From the NCBI RefSeq assembly GCF_009914755.1, contig NC_060939.1: a DNA stretch of 64,000 bases, one strand, 5' to 3'. This stretch comes from the human T2T-CHM13v2.0 reference genome, Homo sapiens. Position numbers and translations under genes: made by a program. Shown one piece after another: positions 44,529-64,000 of the stretch; position 1 is the stretch's first letter; each line of letters opens with the position of its first letter. The notes below the pieces were generated by a model. That model saw only the letters and a program-made list of their open reading frames with translations, was not told the origin of the DNA and searched no databases.

Positions 44529-52417
<7,889 letters not shown>

Positions 52418-52529
52418 GATCCAGGTGAGGACAAGTATATACCTCCAGTCACCTCTACGTCGCTGTGTGACTGAGCCAGAGGAGGCGTAACCAGGGCTGC
52501 ACTAGAATGCAGAATAGGGGTGTGGCCTT

Positions 52530-52680
52530 CATGCTTGAAGCCCATTGGTCAATGAGAAAGATGAAAGGAAAAGGAGGTGTGGCCAGACAGCAGCGTGTCA
52601 TGAAGGACCTGTGTTGTCACAAGGAAAGCTGCCTATGCAACCGCTGTCCCCGCCCACTCCAGGAGAGGGGCGGGGCTGGC
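52530..52680 (-). promoter_or_regulatory. Putative GOLGA6L proximal promoter
   Basis: CCAAT on minus strand (ATTGG ~52544) and GC box GGGGCGGGG ~52667, 120-260 nt upstream of the ATG. Confidence 0.45.
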
Positions 52681-52913
52681 TTTCACTTTAAAAACTTTAA
52701 AACTTTATTACCTCAATTGAGGTACAAGTCCTATTAAAATGGAAATTTTATAGTGTGCTTGATGATTGATAAAGCAGACTTTATTATCCAACATTCCAAT
52801 AAGATAATCACAATGTTTTCTCTTTTTTGGAAAAACTTTCTCTTATTCTCCTACATTAGCGTTTAGTTTTTTTAAAAAAAACAAACAAACAAGAAACATG
52901 TCTAATATCTTTA

Positions 52914-53276
<363 letters not shown>

Positions 53277-53659
53277 GGCTTTCCATTTAATAAGCACTCA
53301 AAGTTCTTTACAAGGTTAAAGCAAATACAGGACCCTTCTAAAGTAAGGCTAAATGCTAAGTGATGGGGGAGAGAAAAAGGACATAAATAACTCCTACTCT
53401 CATGAGTTAATCACTAAATCCGATTTTTCTAGAATCACCTGGCCTCTAAGCCCTGAAAATGAAACTGAATTTCTCACTCGATACTTGGCTATGACTTGCA
53501 ATCATGAAAACCAAGAATTGTGTTATGTCACTGTGTATTGCTTGTTACCTGGGATCAAGGGTTGACTTTTTCATGATTTGCTCCATTACCTGTGTGCTTC
53601 TTCTCCCAGTCCAAACTACGCTTTTTTCTAGAGTTCTACAATTTACAGTTAGTATGTAA

Positions 53660-53830
53660 GGGTGGCTCTCAAACATGTAGTCTCCGGACCAGGAGCACCT
53701 GGGAACTTCTTATAAATGTAAATTCTCAGGCCCCACCCTAGACACGAATGAATCAGAAACTCTGCAGTAGGGCCCAGCAATCCGTGCTGCAATAATCCCT
53801 CCAGGTGCTCAGGAACCTCTGCCATACAGC
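53660..53830 (+). mobile_element. MER5-like DNA transposon remnant (similar remnants ~1630-1750, ~39347-39467, ~56370-56530)
   Basis: CACCTGGGAACTT..TA.AAATG.AAATTCTCAGGCCCCACCC.AGAC...GAATCAGAAACTCTG motif. Confidence 0.7.
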
Positions 53831-54552
53831 AGGTAGAAAAATGTGTTTCCTTCTGTAGGTCCAAAGCCAGGGATACTATATGTTCTGTCTCAATATGAAA
53901 CAATGACATGCAATTAAAAGACATAAATCTCCTTCCTACTTCCACCCTCCAGCCAGTGTGTTTTATTTTTATGAGTTCAATAAGAAAACGTGTGGCAATC
54001 AGAGATTTCATCTAAAAAATATATCTACAGGTATCAGTTCTCATCCAGCCTGATCTCATCCAATATCATTTCTATCCTCTTACATCTAAAGTTTTAGAAA
54101 AGGATTTTCACAACGTAAGACTCAGGCGCACTAGGAGTTCTATGATAAAAGACCAAGTAGATCTGAATGTCCAAACTTACTAGAGAAGAAAAGTGGACTC
54201 ATTGGCTATATTTTCAAATTGCATTCAACAGGAAATTAAAGTTTTGAATTTTTTCCACCTTCATCCTTCCAAGTTAATAGAATTAAACCAGAATACTCCA
54301 TTCTTCCAAAGCCTGTAGCCAGGCAAACTTTTACTGTATTACTTCTTGCTTTTCAATGGATATAAAGCAGAGTCCTGGTAGGCACATTTTGTATACCTGC
54401 AAAGATGCAAAACTAAACAGTTCCCTCGGTTCAATATTAAAACAAAAGTCCTGTAAACCTCAGATGGTGAGTGTAATACTTCAGCACTAGCACGAAAGCC
54501 TCAAATATAAAAAGATACCAAGAACCTTGCTAGCAAACCAAAGTAAGCTCTT

Positions 54553-57972
<3,420 letters not shown>

Positions 57973-60110
57973 CTGAATTTGCTTGAGTTTTTAGCTCTCT
58001 CACCCATTTCAGGATTGTCACCACCCATATCTGACACGTCCTCCTCCTCCTCTAAATCTTCTAGGTCCTCCTGGCCATCAGCCTCTGTTTCTGAACCAGC
58101 CTCTTCATGCTCCTGTTCTTCACTCTCTGGGAGAAGACTGATATCTTCATCTTTCTTTCACTAACCGCATTCTGGAAGCACTGTAAAATTGCTTCATTTT
58201 GCAATTCCAGTTGTTGCAAAGTCTGCTCATCATCAAAACTTTCTATCACAAGTTTTTGTAAAGAGCTGCCATGGATTCTACCATTCTCTACTGTTTTATT
58301 AAAGTCATAAAGCACTTTTGTTAAAGAAGTGAACTTTGGTTCCAATCCAGCTTGAAACCTATTGGGAGGAATTAAATGAGATTTAGAATTATAGATAATA
58401 ATTTCACAGCCCTCTTAATTAAAAGAAAAATAAAAACCTCAACTCTTCTGTAAAATCAAATTTGAATAAAGTGTAAGTATAGATTCTGGCCCCAACAATA
58501 TATAAGCTGATGAGCCACAATGATATATAAAACCTGTCAACCAAGTATTTGTGAATCAGCTGTATAGATTGTTGGCAGGAAAAGCATTACAAATCTATTT
58601 GCTTGGAGATGTATAGAGAATTAGCCTTAAATTTTCTACTCTGCTACATTATATACCACTCCATTCATTCATTCCCTTATTCACTCAATGATCAACATTT
58701 GCTTTGGCTTACAGTGGTCAAGGAAAACCTCTCCTAGATGTGACATCTGAGGTGAAACTTACAGACAAGTATAGTCTTATAAAGATTGGGAAACATGTAT
58801 TCCAGGCGGAAGAAACAGCAAGAACAAATTCTCTAAGATGCAATTGAGCTTGGTAAGCCTGAGGAATAAAAAAGTGAGCATGGCTATAGCGTGAAGGAGG
58901 CAGAAGGTGAAGTCGGAGAGACTGATGGGAGCCAAATTCTGCAGGGCTCAAGGGTAAGAGTTTGCCGTTTTAAGTGTAATAAGAAAATGTGAAAAGATTT
59001 TAAGCAGAAGGATGAAATGATGATTTATACGAAGGAAGAAGAAAGGGAGGAAGGAGGAGGAGGAAAGTAGAGTGATTAGAAGGTTGATGCAGCATTCCAG
59101 GCAAAGGATGATGGTGATTTAAGCTGGAGTTAGAGCAGTGAATATGCTGAGTACAGTTTGGAGGTAGAACTGACAGGATTGCTAAGGAATTAGATACAGA
59201 ATAGAGAAAAGTGAAGACATCAAAATAGCAGCCTAGTTTTATGTGCGAGCAACTGGAGAGACAGAACTGCCATTTACTGCGATAGGCAAGGCTTGAGTGG
59301 TGGAGCAAGGGGAAAGGACTTCAGCGGATGGCAGAGTGTAGGTGGGTAGAAACAACATTCTACTGTATTTTGGACACGGTGAATTTGTGATGCTGAGAGG
59401 ACCAAAATTTAAAAAATTGTTAAAAGCCGTACGGTGCGGATATCCCAGTTGTGCGCTACTGAATTCCAACTAAGCTCAGTCTGGAGTTGCTTGTGAGCAA
59501 GGAACTCAAGGGAGAGGTTGGAGTTTGAAACATAAATGAGTCATAATTTTATAGGTCATATTTGAAGTTCTTCAACAAAATACACATAAAACGTTTGTGT
59601 TGGGAAGAGACATGAAAGTTCTAATTCTCAAGAAGCTTAGTGGGGTAGACAGACAAGTGACAAGTTTGTGCTTTCAATAAAGTATGATGGCAGGTAAACA
59701 CTGAGTGCTTTAGGAGCACAGGCGGAAGGAGAAACCAACACAGTTGTGTGTAGGGGGATGGGGGCCGTAATAAGCCTCAAGGGGAGCTTATAGGCGTGAA
59801 TAACTGAGGTTAGGTTGATTTCAATAACATTCAACTGAGAGATCCATACTGTAAAAGTTTTAACAATTTTTAAAATTTTGATAGCCTAGGTCCTCTGAAA
59901 TGTGGGGAAAAGTGATTTACATTTCCCCTTACCTTCCCCCAGCTCCACAATTTGCCAGGGGTCTGCAACCCGTGTCCACGTGCGACCGCAGTCGCACCCG
60001 AGCCCGGGATCTGTGCACTTACGTGAGGATGCACTCGGGCCAGCCAGTGGCTTTGCCCACCTCCCTCAGACACCGCTCCAGGGTCCGTCAGCGCCAGGCC
60101 CATGGGCCAT
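57973..60110 (-). pseudogene. MPHOSPH10: MPHOSPH10 (MPP10) unprocessed pseudogene fragment: exon 1 60023-60110, truncated exon 2 57973-58358
   Basis: RTLERCLREVGKATGWPECILT|GT and KFTSLTKVLYDFNKTVENGRIHGSSLQKLVIESFDDEQ..QQLELQNE match recalled MPP10 N-terminus; intron retained; frameshifts and stop present. Confidence 0.9.
58660..59560 (-). mobile_element. L2 fragment in MPHOSPH10P intron 1
   Basis: (CATT)n head at 58660 and purine-rich L2-like body. Confidence 0.6.
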
Positions 60111-60185
60111 GGCTGTCTGCAACTCCCGACACAAGCTGCAAGGCAAGAGAGCCGCTGGGAAACCGCACCGCAAGGATGCTGGCAT

Positions 60186-60570
60186 TGGAACAGGAATTAA
60201 AAGAAATGAAAAAATGTGTAAGCAAAAACTCAGCTGTATGTAAAAAAAACCCAATTCCCCCTGAGAATGAGAAAGAGCCTTAGTCCTTTAAAAAAACTAC
60301 CTGTTTTCCTATGGCTAGTGAGCCTTATCGCTCCCTTCCCAGGCATTATCAAAACCCTAATTCCCTAACTGTGCAACTGCAAGGTCACTAAACAAACAAA
60401 TGCAAGTCACAAAACATATTTTTCCTAAAAACGTAAAAAAAAAAAAAACATAATGCGTGCTTCAATTAAATAACTCTCTGTTTCTCGCTTCTGTAATATG
60501 CTTCCCCCTGCACAGATCTACCCGGGCTCCACAAAATGCTAAAAGATAACTCTTTATTCAGCTCAACGCT
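60186..60570 (+). mobile_element. ERV-type solo LTR (family not certain; LTR46-like by recollection)
   Basis: Begins TGGAACAGGAATTAAAAGAAAT; LTR-like AT-rich body with ATTAAA signal near 60465. Confidence 0.55.
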
Positions 60571-60572
60571 TT

Positions 60573-63002
<2,430 letters not shown>

Positions 63003-63189
63003 TAACTGCCTTAAAATGATGATTGTTCAGAAAGTCAGTTTAATTTAGATACTAAGGATATTGAGGTTATGTAACATTTGAGCAAGTTCTAAAAAAAAAG
63101 AGAAATAGTATATCTAATTGCTAATAAAGTATTGTCAACTCACAAATATATTCACATAGCATACATTTCAAGAGCAGAATAACCATGAA

Positions 63190-64000
63190 TATAAAAGGAA
63201 TTAGCAAAAACGAAACAAAAAAGACATGAAGAAATAAAAACAGATGGAACAAATAGCACAAAATACGATGAAAGTTATAAAAGAAACTATGCCAACAATC
63301 ACAATAAATGTAAATAGACTGAATAATTAAGAGAAAATGACTATAAAACAGAATTAGGGCACGCGTGGTGGCTCATGCCTGTAATCCCAGCACTTTGGGA
63401 GGATGAGGCAGGCGGAGGGATCACAAGGTCAGGAGTTCGAGAGCAGCCTGACCAACATGGTGAAACCCCATCTCTGCTAATACAAAAATTAGCCGGCGTG
63501 GTGGTGAACATCTGTAATCCCAGTTACTCAGGAGGCTGAGGCAGGAGAATCGCTTGAATCCAGGAGGCAGAGATTGCAGTGCCGAGATCACACCATTACA
63601 CTCCAGCCTGGGCAACAGAGCAAGACTCCGTATCAAAAAAAAAACACACACAAAAAAACACAAAAAACAGAAAATAAACAGTATGAAAAGACATCTAAAA
63701 CATAAAGTCACAGAAAGACTGAGAGAGATTGAAAAAAGATACACCTGTCATATGTACCTAACCCAAAGAAGGGTTGGAAGCTATATTATTATCAGATAAA
63801 ATAGGCTTTGGGCAAAAAGCAATATGGGAGATTTTTTAAGGCCACAATATAATGATAAAAATTCTAATAAACCAAGGGAGAAGGTAATCTAAAATGTTAA
63901 TGTATCTAATAACTAGCACTCAAAATACATGAAAGCAAAATATGACAAAATTGCAACCCTCAGAGGGCAATTTAAATACATATCTCAGTGTCTGATAAAA
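63190..64000 (+). mobile_element. Old L1 ORF2 5' fragment with an Alu (63357-63670)
   Basis: TAAATGTAAATAGACT, CTATATTATTATCAGATAAAATAG, CAAAATACATGAAAGCAAAA motifs. Confidence 0.75.

Overview
Primate (almost certainly human) genomic DNA from a chromosome 15q11-q13-type segmental-duplication mosaic, very Alu-rich. Main contents: (1) a large inverted repeat whose left arm (1-10497, running off the window start) mirrors 30618-41096 around a ~20 kb spacer; (2) a HERC2 pseudogene copy on the minus strand with its CpG-island promoter (~17.8-18.5 kb) and exons 1, 2, 4, 8, 9, joined mid-exon to exons 18-20; (3) a second HERC2 fragment (exons 17-20) on the plus strand; (4) an orphan CHRNB4 exon 2; (5) a spliceable 9-exon GOLGA6L-family golgin gene on the minus strand (650 aa, GOLGA6L1-like) with two coding VNTRs; (6) an unprocessed MPHOSPH10 pseudogene fragment (exons 1-2); (7) an LTR followed by a tandemly amplified inverted-Alu cassette array. 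Gene identities and HERC2 exon numbers come from my recollection of the parent proteins, not from a database search. No tRNA, rRNA or CRISPR features were seen. The most notable unexplained structures are the palindrome with an abrupt identity step, a stop-containing 30-nt micro-exon in GOLGA6L, PRDM9-like motifs in the GOLGA6L exon-1 VNTR, and the Alu-cassette array.
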